A DNA stretch of 62,868 bases, counting the filler. It is 4 parts of 4 records of this genome, joined end to end, with 100 filler letters (N's around TTAATTAATTAA, not from the genome) between each part and the next. Parts side by side here need not be neighbours in the genome. Positions count along the whole stretch, not along the records: positions 1 to 16,539 come from SRR2962707_5581; positions 16,640 to 46,142 come from SRR2962707_5582; 2 more parts are not named here. One strand, 5' to 3'. Below are positions 9,060 to 18,252 of this stretch, piece by piece. How positions within the stretch are numbered: the first letter of the stretch is position 1; each line of letters starts with the position of its first letter. Made by a program: the position numbers and the translations under genes. A model generated the notes under the pieces. The model searched no databases. It was given only the letters and a program-made list of their open reading frames with translations, and had not been told where the DNA came from.

Positions 9060-9967
9060 CATCAATCCTTGGCATCGGGGAATGCATGATCGAGCTGTCC
9101 TCGGCGGGCGACGATCTGTGGCGGCAGCGGTTTTCCGGCGATGTGTTTAACGCGCTTTGGTATGCGCGGGCCTATTCGCGCGACGACACCGATATTGCCT
9201 TTCACACCGCCGTCGGCACCGACCAAATGTCGGATCAGATGCTGACGTTTATTCAGTCAGGCGGCATCAGGTGCGATGACACGCCACGCATCGCGAACAG
9301 GCGTCCGGGGCTCTACACGATCCACCTCAACGGTGCCGAGCGCAGCTTTACCTATTGGCGCGACACATCTGCGGCGCAAATGATGGTGCGCCAGCCGGGG
9401 CCGCTTTGGGCCAATGTGGCCGGTGCAGATGTCGTCTATTTCTCTGGAATATCGCTGGCAATCTTACCCCCCGAGGATCTTGAAATCTTTCTGGAAGGGC
9501 TGGTGCAACACAAAAAGCAGGGCGGCATTCTGGCTTTCGACCCTAATATTCGGCCCCACTTATGGAGCGACCGAGACCGAATGCTAAGGGTCATTTCGCG
9601 GGCCGCCAGCCTGTGTGATCTGGTGTTGCCAAGCTTTGACGATGAAACATCTGCATTCGGCGATGCCACACCGGAAGACAGCGCAAAACGCTATGCTGAT
9701 CTGGGGGCAAATCATGTTGTGGTCAAAAATGGCCCCGCAGATACCATCCATCTGGAGTCAGGCTGCATGACAACCTTTCCAGTCACCCCGGTCGACAAGA
9801 TCATCGATACGACAGCCGCCGGGGATTCCTTTAACGGGGCATACATCGCGTCTCTCCTGCGCGGATTACCGACGGATAAAGCCATCCAATCGGCCCAGCA
9901 GTGCGCAGGGAAGGTTATCAGGCAAAAGGGCGCTATCATTTCGTTTGCCGAGCTGGATGCACTCTGA
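9056..9967 (+). CDS. kdgK: 2-keto-3-deoxygluconate kinase (PfkB family)
   Basis: GECMIEL, GAERSFTYWR, DPNIRP, DTTAAGDSFN. Confidence 0.88.
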   Translation: MTSILGIGECMIELSSAGDDLWRQRFSGDVFNALWYARAYSRDDTDIAFHTAVGTDQMSDQMLTFIQSGGIRCDDTPRIANRRPGLYTIHLNGAERSFTYWRDTSAAQMMVRQPGPLWANVAGADVVYFSGISLAILPPEDLEIFLEGLVQHKKQGGILAFDPNIRPHLWSDRDRMLRVISRAASLCDLVLPSFDDETSAFGDATPEDSAKRYADLGANHVVVKNGPADTIHLESGCMTTFPVTPVDKIIDTTAAGDSFNGAYIASLLRGLPTDKAIQSAQQCAGKVIRQKGAIISFAELDAL

Positions 9968-10054
9968 AGTTCCTCCCTGCGGCAGCCGATTTTCTATAGC
10001 CGAAAAGATAACATAAGATATATTATTGGGATTAGCCCTTCGGCGCGGGCACCA

Positions 10055-10840
10055 CTAAACTGCGGCAACATGCGGTAGAATGAAGCTGCTGTTGTCCATC
10101 GGTGCCTGATTAACCCTGAGCGTACACCCGTATGCCTGCGATAGCACCTTGTCCGTCATCACCTCCTTCGGTGTGCCCGCTGAAAGAATGCTGCCCTGAA
10201 CCACCATCACCATGTGATCGGCAAACATCGCCGACAGGTTCAGATCATGCATGACCGCCACCACCCCGCCCCCGCGCGCAGCGTAGTCCTTTAGCAAACG
10301 CATGACCATCAGTTGGTGACCGATATCAAGGCTTGCAACGGGTTCGTCCAACAGCAGCCAATGCGGGGTATCTGCTGGGGCGACCGGATCCCACACTTGG
10401 CACAGAACTCTCGCCAGCTGGACCCTTTGCTGCTCACCGCCCGACAGTTCTTGATATAGTCTGTGGCTGTATCCCTCTAGCCCGACGCGGGCCAAGGCGG
10501 TGTCGGGCAGATGGTCTCTTTGCCCCGAATGACCGCTCAGCAGACCCATGCGAACGACTTCGATCACCGTAAAGGGGAACGCCAACGTGGTGGATTGCGG
10601 CAACACGCCGCGAATGGCAGCCAGCTCCCATGGACGGGCCAGCCCCGCGTCCTCGCCGTTGAAACGCACGTGGCCGGAAAAATCGATCTCGTTTGTGATT
10701 GCCTTTAGAAGGCTTGATTTACCCGCGCCGTTCGGCCCGACAATGGCAGTAAACTGCCCCGCGACCGCACGAAAAGACACATCTTGCAGAATGGTTTTAT
10801 GGCCAATCCACGCCTTTGTTATGTCTGCCTCTAGCATCAT
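10055..10840 (-). CDS. hmuV: Heme ABC transporter ATP-binding protein
   Basis: GPNGAGKS, LSGGEQQRVQLARVL, LLLDEP; overlaps the hmuU stop. Confidence 0.93.
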   Translation of the reverse strand: MMLEADITKAWIGHKTILQDVSFRAVAGQFTAIVGPNGAGKSSLLKAITNEIDFSGHVRFNGEDAGLARPWELAAIRGVLPQSTTLAFPFTVIEVVRMGLLSGHSGQRDHLPDTALARVGLEGYSHRLYQELSGGEQQRVQLARVLCQVWDPVAPADTPHWLLLDEPVASLDIGHQLMVMRLLKDYAARGGGVVAVMHDLNLSAMFADHMVMVVQGSILSAGTPKEVMTDKVLSQAYGCTLRVNQAPMDNSSFILPHVAAV

Positions 10841-11901
10841 AAATCCACCAATCCGCGACGGCGCAGCAATATCCACAAAAACACTGGTGCGCCCAGAACC
10901 GCCGTGATGATCCCGATGGGCAGCTCTGCCGGGGAAATGATCACTCGGCTGATCACATCGGCAATCAGCAACAGGCTTGCCCCAAGGAGCGCCACATTAA
11001 TCAGCAGCGGCCGATGATCTGGCCCTGTCGCCAAACGCAAAAGATGGGGCACGACAATACCGATGAAACCAATACCACCAGACACCGCAACCGCAGTGCC
11101 TGTCGCTGCAGCGACGGTAAGTATCGCGATATTTTTGACTCGTTGAACCGGGATGCCCATATGCGCCGCCGTCGCTTCGCCAAATGCGAGGCCGTTCAGC
11201 CCCCACCCAAGGCACATAGCTACGCCGACCGAAGCCGCAATAAGCGGGCCGGCGACCAGCGTTTTAGCCCATGTGGCCCCGGCAAGCGACCCCAATCCCC
11301 AAAACGTCAGATCGCGCAGCTGCGCATCATTCGCAAGATACACAAGAATACCGGACACGGCCCCTGCCAAGGCACCCAATGCGATGCCCGCCAGCAACAT
11401 AGTCGCCACAGATGTGCGGCCTCGTCTGGTCGACACGCGGTACAGCAGCATGGTGGAACCCCAGCCGCCGAAAAAGGCGGCCAGCGGGACCAGCCACATT
11501 CCAAAGATCGCCATAACGCCCGCTGGCAACAGACCGCCCAATACAATCGCGACAATTGCTCCCAGACCGGCACCCGCACTGACACCGACCAGACCCGGAT
11601 CGGCAAGGGGGTTGCGAAACAGCCCCTGCAGAACCGTGCCGGATACGGCCAACGACGCCCCGACACAGATGCCCAGAATGACCCGAGGCAACCTGATATC
11701 CCACAACACGATCCGTTCCATCTGGGTCAGCGGTTCGCCGATGATCAGCTTTTGCAACGCCCCCCAAAGCGACGTACCGGACGCGCCAATGGCAAGGCTG
11801 GTGATGCTGATCACCACCAACGCCCCTGCCAGCCAGAAATGGGTACGCCGGGCGGTGGTGCGACGGTCACGTGGTATACCGATATCTGCAACATGCGCCA
11901 T
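10837..11901 (-). CDS. hmuU: Heme ABC transporter permease (FecCD family)
   Basis: IRLPR, QGLFRNPLADP, GFIGIVVPH, ELPIG. Confidence 0.92.
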   Translation of the reverse strand: MAHVADIGIPRDRRTTARRTHFWLAGALVVISITSLAIGASGTSLWGALQKLIIGEPLTQMERIVLWDIRLPRVILGICVGASLAVSGTVLQGLFRNPLADPGLVGVSAGAGLGAIVAIVLGGLLPAGVMAIFGMWLVPLAAFFGGWGSTMLLYRVSTRRGRTSVATMLLAGIALGALAGAVSGILVYLANDAQLRDLTFWGLGSLAGATWAKTLVAGPLIAASVGVAMCLGWGLNGLAFGEATAAHMGIPVQRVKNIAILTVAAATGTAVAVSGGIGFIGIVVPHLLRLATGPDHRPLLINVALLGASLLLIADVISRVIISPAELPIGIITAVLGAPVFLWILLRRRGLVDL

Positions 11902-11905
11902 TAGA

Positions 11906-12775
11906 TCAGCTGCCGTATAGCGCGGCAGAAAGGTCAGACACAGCATCCGCAGTGCGTGGCCCGAACCCTAAAAGGTACAGCCCGTCCATCCGGATCACCG
12001 CCCCTGTTTCACCGGCGGGCGTCGATGCAATCACCGGTAACGCCAAAAGATCGGCGACAGTGCTGTTGTGATCACCCTCCCGCTCCATCATCAGGATCGC
12101 ATCGGGTGCGGCAGAAATCACAGCTTCGTCTGTCATGGGTTTGTACCCGTCAAACCCCACAGCGGCATTCTGTGCGCCGGCCATTTCGATCATCGCTGAC
12201 GCGGCAGTGTTTTGCCCCGATGCCATGATCCGACCACCTTGGGTGCTGAGGATAAACAACACCTTCTTAGGCTCTTGCCCCGCATCTTGTTGGGCCGTCT
12301 GCACCACCGCATTCAACCGCGCCGTCAGATCACCGGCAAGCTGCTTTGCTTTTTCCGGCTCGCCAATTGCCTGACCAACAGCGTTAATCTTGGCGATGAT
12401 ACCCTCGGCCGAGTACACATCGGGCACGGTCAGGAACGGAATGTTAGCCGCCTCTAGCACGTTAATCGTCTCAAGAGGACCAGCACCGTCTTCCGAGATA
12501 ATCATCTGCGGGTCGACCGACAGTACCCCTTCGGGGGACAAGGCGCGCATATAGCCGACATCAGGCAGGGCCTGCGCCTCGGCGGGATAGTTTGACGTGG
12601 TATCGCGGGCAATCAGCCGGTCACTGGCACCCAAGGCAAAAATAATCTCGGTGATCGAACCGCCGATGGCAACAATGCCACTGGGTTTCTCTTGGGCTGC
12701 AACCGGAAAAGCCGACGCAACAAGCAGCGCAAAAGCAGATGCCCGCAGCGTGAAACCTGATCGGCAACAGATCAT
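11906..12775 (-). CDS. hmuT: Heme ABC transporter periplasmic binding protein
   Basis: Signal peptide; RDTTS, VGYMRALSPEG (heme-ligating Tyr), LLGFGPRT. Confidence 0.92.
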   Translation of the reverse strand: MICCRSGFTLRASAFALLVASAFPVAAQEKPSGIVAIGGSITEIIFALGASDRLIARDTTSNYPAEAQALPDVGYMRALSPEGVLSVDPQMIISEDGAGPLETINVLEAANIPFLTVPDVYSAEGIIAKINAVGQAIGEPEKAKQLAGDLTARLNAVVQTAQQDAGQEPKKVLFILSTQGGRIMASGQNTAASAMIEMAGAQNAAVGFDGYKPMTDEAVISAAPDAILMMEREGDHNSTVADLLALPVIASTPAGETGAVIRMDGLYLLGFGPRTADAVSDLSAALYGS

Positions 12776-13827
12776 GCTGGCACCTCGGACTTCAGACCTT
12801 CAAGGCCCTCAACCAGTTTACCCCATGCCGGACGGCTATCGCGCCCCTCTTTGCCGACGCCAAATACCTGAAAGATCAGCCCGCCATCTTTGTTAAACGC
12901 CTCAACCGACACGGCTGGGCCGCGCTGCGTTGGTTTTTCGACCGCCCATACTTCGGCGATGTGATCAAGCCGCAGGTGCAGATTGAACCGTGAGTCCAGC
13001 ACGTTCTGCCAAGGACCCATTGCCTTGAGGGTTTCAATCGGGCCGGAGTGGATTTGGATACATCCCCGGTTGCCGGTGAACACCATGACCTCGAGATCAC
13101 TGGCGGCGACCTGTTGCAGCATTTGATCCACGGCACCCGGTACCAACGCCCGCACGAACGGCGCGCCAACGATGCGGTATGCCCCCAAACGGTTCATCTT
13201 CAGCTTCGAGGTCAGGCGCATGAACTGATGCGTGTCCGTCATTCTGGCCCATTCCTTGCGCAGAATATCGACCTTTGTTTCGTCCGCCTTCGGTGTCTCA
13301 TCAGGCTGGCGCTCTGACACATCTACGGTTTGCGACTGGTCATCCAGCTGCAAGGTTTCTTTTGCCTGCACCCATGCGTTCAGATCGGAACTGTCGCGCA
13401 GAAAAATCTTGTGAACCGCATCGCCTGCCGCATCAAACACCTGCAAGCTGCGCCGCACGCCGGTGTCTGTTTCCTTTTCAACCATAAAGGCATGGCACCA
13501 ATGGCTGGGGAAAATCCGCAGATCGATTTCATCGTTCAGGATCATCGACGCATGCGGCCCGGAACGATAGTTGTCATACACACCAACCTTTTCATTCACG
13601 CAGGACGGATTGCGCGTCAGGGCCATCACCTCGCCCAAGGTTTGGGCAACACCCATCACCACGTCTGGGTTTGCGTCGATCCGGGTCACGCCCTCGCCAC
13701 AGGATGCCGCGATAAGCTGGGCCTCGCTGATGTTTAGCTTTTCCGCAATGTCACGCTCGCGCAGTTTGGAATGTTCAGCGCGAAAGTCGCGAATATAGGC
13801 GGGGGATACCGCTTGGGAATTGGTCAT
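12772..13827 (-). CDS. hmuS: Hemin-degrading/trafficking factor HmuS/ChuS
   Basis: VMALTRN, SLQVFD..GDAVHKIF, HQF, IQIHSGP, FNLHLR; ATG at 13827 with RBS. Confidence 0.93.
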   Translation of the reverse strand: MTNSQAVSPAYIRDFRAEHSKLRERDIAEKLNISEAQLIAASCGEGVTRIDANPDVVMGVAQTLGEVMALTRNPSCVNEKVGVYDNYRSGPHASMILNDEIDLRIFPSHWCHAFMVEKETDTGVRRSLQVFDAAGDAVHKIFLRDSSDLNAWVQAKETLQLDDQSQTVDVSERQPDETPKADETKVDILRKEWARMTDTHQFMRLTSKLKMNRLGAYRIVGAPFVRALVPGAVDQMLQQVAASDLEVMVFTGNRGCIQIHSGPIETLKAMGPWQNVLDSRFNLHLRLDHIAEVWAVEKPTQRGPAVSVEAFNKDGGLIFQVFGVGKEGRDSRPAWGKLVEGLEGLKSEVPA

Positions 13828-13927
13828 GATGCACCTATTGGCTGGGTTATATGATCTGATAAGGGGCTGGCATCGCGCATCAAAACACGGGCTGGCAACG
13901 GGTGAGTTAAACACTCAACCTTTATTG

Positions 13928-13944
13928 TTGACACTTTTAGTAAG
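13928..13944. promoter_or_regulatory. Putative iron-responsive operator (Iron-Rhodo-box-like)
   Basis: TTGACACTTTTAGTAAG in the divergent hmuS/receptor intergenic region resembles the TGAC-N7-GTCA-type Rhodobacteraceae iron box. Confidence 0.5.
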
Positions 13945-14052
13945 CCTTTCTAGAAACCGCAAGAGCGCATCGATAATCAGCGCGGATATCTCAAAACGCC
14001 ACAGCCAGCCCACAGCAAGCACTAGGCCACCTACATGCTTGCGAGGCACGAA

Positions 14053-16074
14053 ATGACCCCGACGACGAGAAAACGTTCCCTTTTGCTGGGTACGACCAGC
14101 CTGTTACTTATCACGATCAATGCTGCAACGTTGCACGCACAAGAAGCCGACCAAGGGTTTCTGGGCACGCTGGTTCTGGGTGAAAGCAAGCGCAAGGTTC
14201 AAACAAATACTGCCGTTCCACAAACAACTGTCGATCAGGATGAGATCGATGACCGGCAAGCTGGCACTGTTGCCGAGCTGATCGATTCCGTGCCGGGCGT
14301 TAGCCTTGTGAACGGGTCCACGCCTCAGGGGTCTGGCATCAACATCCGGGGCTTTGGTGCCAACAGCACCTACGGGACCGACCAAAAAGTTGCGGTTCAG
14401 ATCGATGGTGCCAATGTCGGGGCCGAAGAATTGTACCGGATCGGGACGCAATTGTTCACCGATCCCTTCTTGTATAAAAACGTCAGCGTTATCCGCGGCA
14501 CCGTCGGCAGCTTTGAATACGGGTCCGGCATCGTCGGCGGCGTTGTTCGGCTGGAAACCAAAGACGCCTCTGACCTGACCGGCGGCGAGCTGGGGTATGT
14601 CCTGGGACAAACGCTTGGATTTTCGAGCAACGGCAACGGCCTGACGTCCTCGACCGTGCTGGCATGGCAGCCCACCCAAGACATGGAATTCATGCTGAAC
14701 TACACATGGCGTGACCAAGACAACCAACAAGACGGCAATGGCGACGAAATTGGCAACAGCGCCTTTACCCTGCCCTCCGGCTTGCTCAAGGCAAAATACA
14801 CCTTTGGCGAAAACCGTGATCAATCGCTTACGTTCAGCTTGACCAACACCACATCCAGCGAACGCGATGTGCCTTATGACACGTTTACCACAACAACGGA
14901 TATGTTTGGTAATGTTGATCGTGACACCACATCACGTACCGCCGCGCTGACCTATAACTTCAACCCGACTGACAATAACCTCCTCGATCTGGATGTGCAG
15001 CTAAGCTATGCCGACCAACAGATTGACCAGACCTATATTTCGGGCAGTTCATCGCTTGAAGGTATGCCGGCCGGTGCCGGGCTGTTGCCACTGACAAACG
15101 CCGATCACCGGTACCAAACCACAAAACTGTCGTTCAAAAACACCAGCCTGTTTGACACCAATGCGGTTAGCCACGAGTTGCGCACCGGGCTTGAGCTGAT
15201 CCGGAAAGAGCGGCTTAATGCGAGCTCGGCCTACGGTGGCGTCGATAACAGGGTCGCCGTCTACGCGGTCGATGACATGCGCATTGGTAACGCTTGGACG
15301 ATCACGCCAGCGCTGCGCTATGAAACGTCGGAAATCACCGGCTCGACAGCGCCAAATGATGGCGTCTATGACAATGATGCGCTGATGGGCGGGCTGTCTT
15401 TGCGCTATGCCTTTGACACCGGTTTTGCCGTGTTCGGTAGTGCCGCCTATACTGAATCCCTGCCCATCATCGACGACCTCAACAACGCGACGCTTATGGC
15501 GCGGTCCGAAAAGGCAAAGACCTACGAACTGGGCGCGTCCTATGACGGGATAGATCTGTTCCGCAGCGGCGACAGCTTTGCAATCAAGGCGAACCTCTAC
15601 AAAACAGAACTGTATGACATCACATCCTTTACGAGCGGCGGGAGCCACCTGAAAAGCGTCGATACCGAAGGGTTCGAGCTTGAGGCATCCTATGCGATGG
15701 AAAGCGGTCTGTACCTTGATATGAACGCCAACATCACCGATGGCACACAAACGGCATCCGATGACACGGTATCAGACTGGAAGAACACAGCCGCTGATTC
15801 ACTGCGCTTTACCGTGGGCAAAAAGTTCGGCGAAGAACTGGATATAAGCTGGGAAGTGGTCGCAAACGCATCGACTGATGTAAGCGGCACCGAAACGCCC
15901 GGCTTTGGCATACACAACCTGCGTGCCACCTATATCCCACAGCAAGGGGTGTTGAAGGATACGCAAATCCGCGTCGGTTTGGAAAACGTGTTTGATCGCG
16001 ATTACACACCACATCTGTCGACCCGCTCTGCACCGGGCCGCAATCTCAAGCTGACGTTGTCGCGGACGTTCTAA
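14053..16074 (+). CDS. TonB-dependent heme/hemoprotein receptor (HmuR-like)
   Basis: Signal peptide; plug motifs IDSVPGV, NIRGFG, YGSGIVGGVV; ENVFDRDY..GRN; terminal Phe; divergent from hmuSTUV. Confidence 0.88.
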   Translation: MTPTTRKRSLLLGTTSLLLITINAATLHAQEADQGFLGTLVLGESKRKVQTNTAVPQTTVDQDEIDDRQAGTVAELIDSVPGVSLVNGSTPQGSGINIRGFGANSTYGTDQKVAVQIDGANVGAEELYRIGTQLFTDPFLYKNVSVIRGTVGSFEYGSGIVGGVVRLETKDASDLTGGELGYVLGQTLGFSSNGNGLTSSTVLAWQPTQDMEFMLNYTWRDQDNQQDGNGDEIGNSAFTLPSGLLKAKYTFGENRDQSLTFSLTNTTSSERDVPYDTFTTTTDMFGNVDRDTTSRTAALTYNFNPTDNNLLDLDVQLSYADQQIDQTYISGSSSLEGMPAGAGLLPLTNADHRYQTTKLSFKNTSLFDTNAVSHELRTGLELIRKERLNASSAYGGVDNRVAVYAVDDMRIGNAWTITPALRYETSEITGSTAPNDGVYDNDALMGGLSLRYAFDTGFAVFGSAAYTESLPIIDDLNNATLMARSEKAKTYELGASYDGIDLFRSGDSFAIKANLYKTELYDITSFTSGGSHLKSVDTEGFELEASYAMESGLYLDMNANITDGTQTASDDTVSDWKNTAADSLRFTVGKKFGEELDISWEVVANASTDVSGTETPGFGIHNLRATYIPQQGVLKDTQIRVGLENVFDRDYTPHLSTRSAPGRNLKLTLSRTF

Positions 16075-16084
16075 GGACAAACGA

Positions 16085-16117
16085 GGATAAGACCGCGCTG
16101 CCTCGCGCGGTCTAACC
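16085..16117. terminator. Hairpin downstream of the TonB-dependent receptor
   Basis: AGACCGCGC ... GCGCGGTCT stem between convergent genes. Confidence 0.55.
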
Positions 16118-16241
16118 TCTCTCGAATCTGCTGGGCTTGATTGGTGGCTTTAGCAGACGGCGGGGTGCCCATCCCCTCGGGTGGGTGCCCCGTTTTCACG
16201 TCAATCACCGGCAGAACCGCCCATCTACAACCCCGCGCCCT

Positions 16242-16539
16242 CTACATCCCGGGCAGCCAAAGCGCCAGTTGCGGAAACAGGATCAATAACGCCACCAACA
16301 GCATTGAGCAGCCCATATAGGGGAATGCCGACAGATAGATTTCGCGCATGGTCGTGTCTTTGGGCGCAACCCCCTTCATGACGAACAGCAGCAATCCAAA
16401 AGGCGGCGTTGTAAAGCTGATCTCGAGCGCGAGCAGGATGATCAACCCAAACCAGATCGGATCAAACCCAAGGCTTGCGGCCAAAGGAAAGAAGATCGGC
16501 ACGGTCAGAAGCATCATCGAAATCTGCTCCATGAACATA
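16242..16539 (-). CDS. dctM: TRAP large permease, C-terminal part (truncated by contig end)
   Basis: GFDPIWFG, EISFTTPPFG, FPQLALWLP. Confidence 0.88.
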
Positions 16540-16639
16540 NNNNNNNNNNNNNNNNNNNNNNNNNNNNNNNNNNNNNNNNNNNNTTAATTAATTAANNNNN
16601 NNNNNNNNNNNNNNNNNNNNNNNNNNNNNNNNNNNNNNN
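16540..16639. other. Artificial contig linker
   Basis: N-run, TTAATTAATTAA (stops in all six frames), N-run. Confidence 0.98.
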
Positions 16640-16986
16640 GTCAGGCCCTGATAGGCGCGGGTGGAATCGGCAAAGCGGTCGCAGATGACCCATTTGCCCT
16701 CGGCCAAAGACGGAGCGATCAACTGGTTGACGTGATCGAGACGGGCGGAGGCGAACAGCACGGCCTCGGCGCCGACGCCCCAGCTTTCAGGCTTGCCCTG
16801 CAGGATGAAGGAGCGGACGGCCTCGGCCTTGGGCGTGCCGCCGGGTTCGCGCGTGCGGACCACAGAAATGCCGCTTTCAGCCAGGCGTCCGGCCAAACGG
16901 CGGACCTGGGTGGACTTGCCCACGCCCTCGCCACCCTCGAAAGTGATGAATCGGGGTGTGATCGATCGGTGCTGATCTGCCGCCAT
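16640..16986 (-). CDS. tmk: dTMP kinase (3' truncated)
   Basis: FITFEGGEGVGKSTQ, TREPGGT, ICDRFADST. Confidence 0.95.
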
Positions 16987-17036
16987 CGTGTCCGTATCAA
17001 ATCCTTTTGCGGCCGCCAGACCGAAATCACCCGGTG

Positions 17037-18203
17037 TCAAAACCAGCCGAACGCCAGTTCCCAAAGCGCGTCAGTCGCCCGCCGCATGATGCCACCTTGT
17101 CCGACAGCCTCTGCCGCGTAAAGCGGCGCGGTCTGAATGATCTGGTCATCGCAAAGTATGTTGAGTTGCGCAAGCCTGTCGCCAGCGCGCACCGGCGGAA
17201 GTATGGGCGCGGCATAGGTGATGCTGGCCGAAAGGCAGCGCCGGTTGCCGCGCGGCAGGTAGATGTCGATGCTGCCCTCGCCGACGAGACCGACATTGGC
17301 CTGTTCACCGCCATAAACACTGGCCCGACCGACGACGGCGCCATTGGCAAAGGCGGGAATTCGCTCGAAGCTGCGGGCGCCCCAGGTGATGAGCGCACGC
17401 GCCTGCTCGTTGCGCTGGTTGACGCTGTCCATGCCGTGCAGCACGGCGACGAGGCGGCGGCCACCCTCGGTGGTCGAGGCGACGATGCCATAGCCAGCGG
17501 CTTCGGTGTGGCCGGTCTTCAGCCCGTCGACGCCGATGCCCAGACCGAGAAGGCCGTTGCGGTTGGACTGACGGATGTTGTTCCAGGTGAATTCCTCAAC
17601 GGCAAAGACCGGGTAATAGTCAGGAAACTCGCGAATGATGTAGCGGGCCAGATCGGCGAGATCGCGCGCCGTTACGTACATGTCGGGGTCCGGAAGCCCG
17701 CTGGCGTTGGTGAAATGGGAATCGGTTATCCCGATGTCGTGGGCAAATTCGTTCATGATGGCCGCGAAAGTGCCTTCGTTGCCCGCGATGCCTTCGGCCA
17801 GTGCTATCGATGCATCATTGCCCGACTGGATGATGACCGAATGGAGCAGATCGTCCACGCTGACCTGCGAGCCGAGCTCGGCAAACATCGCCGAACCGCC
17901 CGAGGGCGCCCCGCCTGTGCGCCAGGCATGCTCGGAGATGAAGAACTGATCGATAAGGCTGAGCGCGCCGCGCTTGACCATGTCAAGGACGACCGCAACG
18001 GTCATCAGCTTGGCCATGCTGGCCGGTTCTATCCGGGTATCGGCCTCTTTTTGAAACAGGACGGTTCCGGATTCGTAGTCGACGAGAATGGCGTAAGGGG
18101 CGCTGGTATCGAAATCGAGCTGGGCACTGGCAGGATTGGCCAGAGCAGCCACGAGGGCCAGTCCAACAAGCATCAAGCGGAAGGCACGTTCCAGACGAAC
18201 CAT
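17037..18203 (-). CDS. dacA: D-alanyl-D-alanine carboxypeptidase (PBP5/6)
   Basis: PASMAK (SxxK), SGN, KTG motifs. Confidence 0.92.
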   Translation of the reverse strand: MVRLERAFRLMLVGLALVAALANPASAQLDFDTSAPYAILVDYESGTVLFQKEADTRIEPASMAKLMTVAVVLDMVKRGALSLIDQFFISEHAWRTGGAPSGGSAMFAELGSQVSVDDLLHSVIIQSGNDASIALAEGIAGNEGTFAAIMNEFAHDIGITDSHFTNASGLPDPDMYVTARDLADLARYIIREFPDYYPVFAVEEFTWNNIRQSNRNGLLGLGIGVDGLKTGHTEAAGYGIVASTTEGGRRLVAVLHGMDSVNQRNEQARALITWGARSFERIPAFANGAVVGRASVYGGEQANVGLVGEGSIDIYLPRGNRRCLSASITYAAPILPPVRAGDRLAQLNILCDDQIIQTAPLYAAEAVGQGGIMRRATDALWELAFGWF

Positions 18204-18252
18204 GAAAGCCAGCCGCGCCGTGGCGCCCCTATTTTTGTTAAGCCTTGTTCCA

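Noticed and set aside
16348..17064. ORFs that include or run into the N linkers (16348-16587, 16588-17064, also 46187-46510)
   Set aside because: Artefacts of the synthetic linker; only the tmk portion is real.
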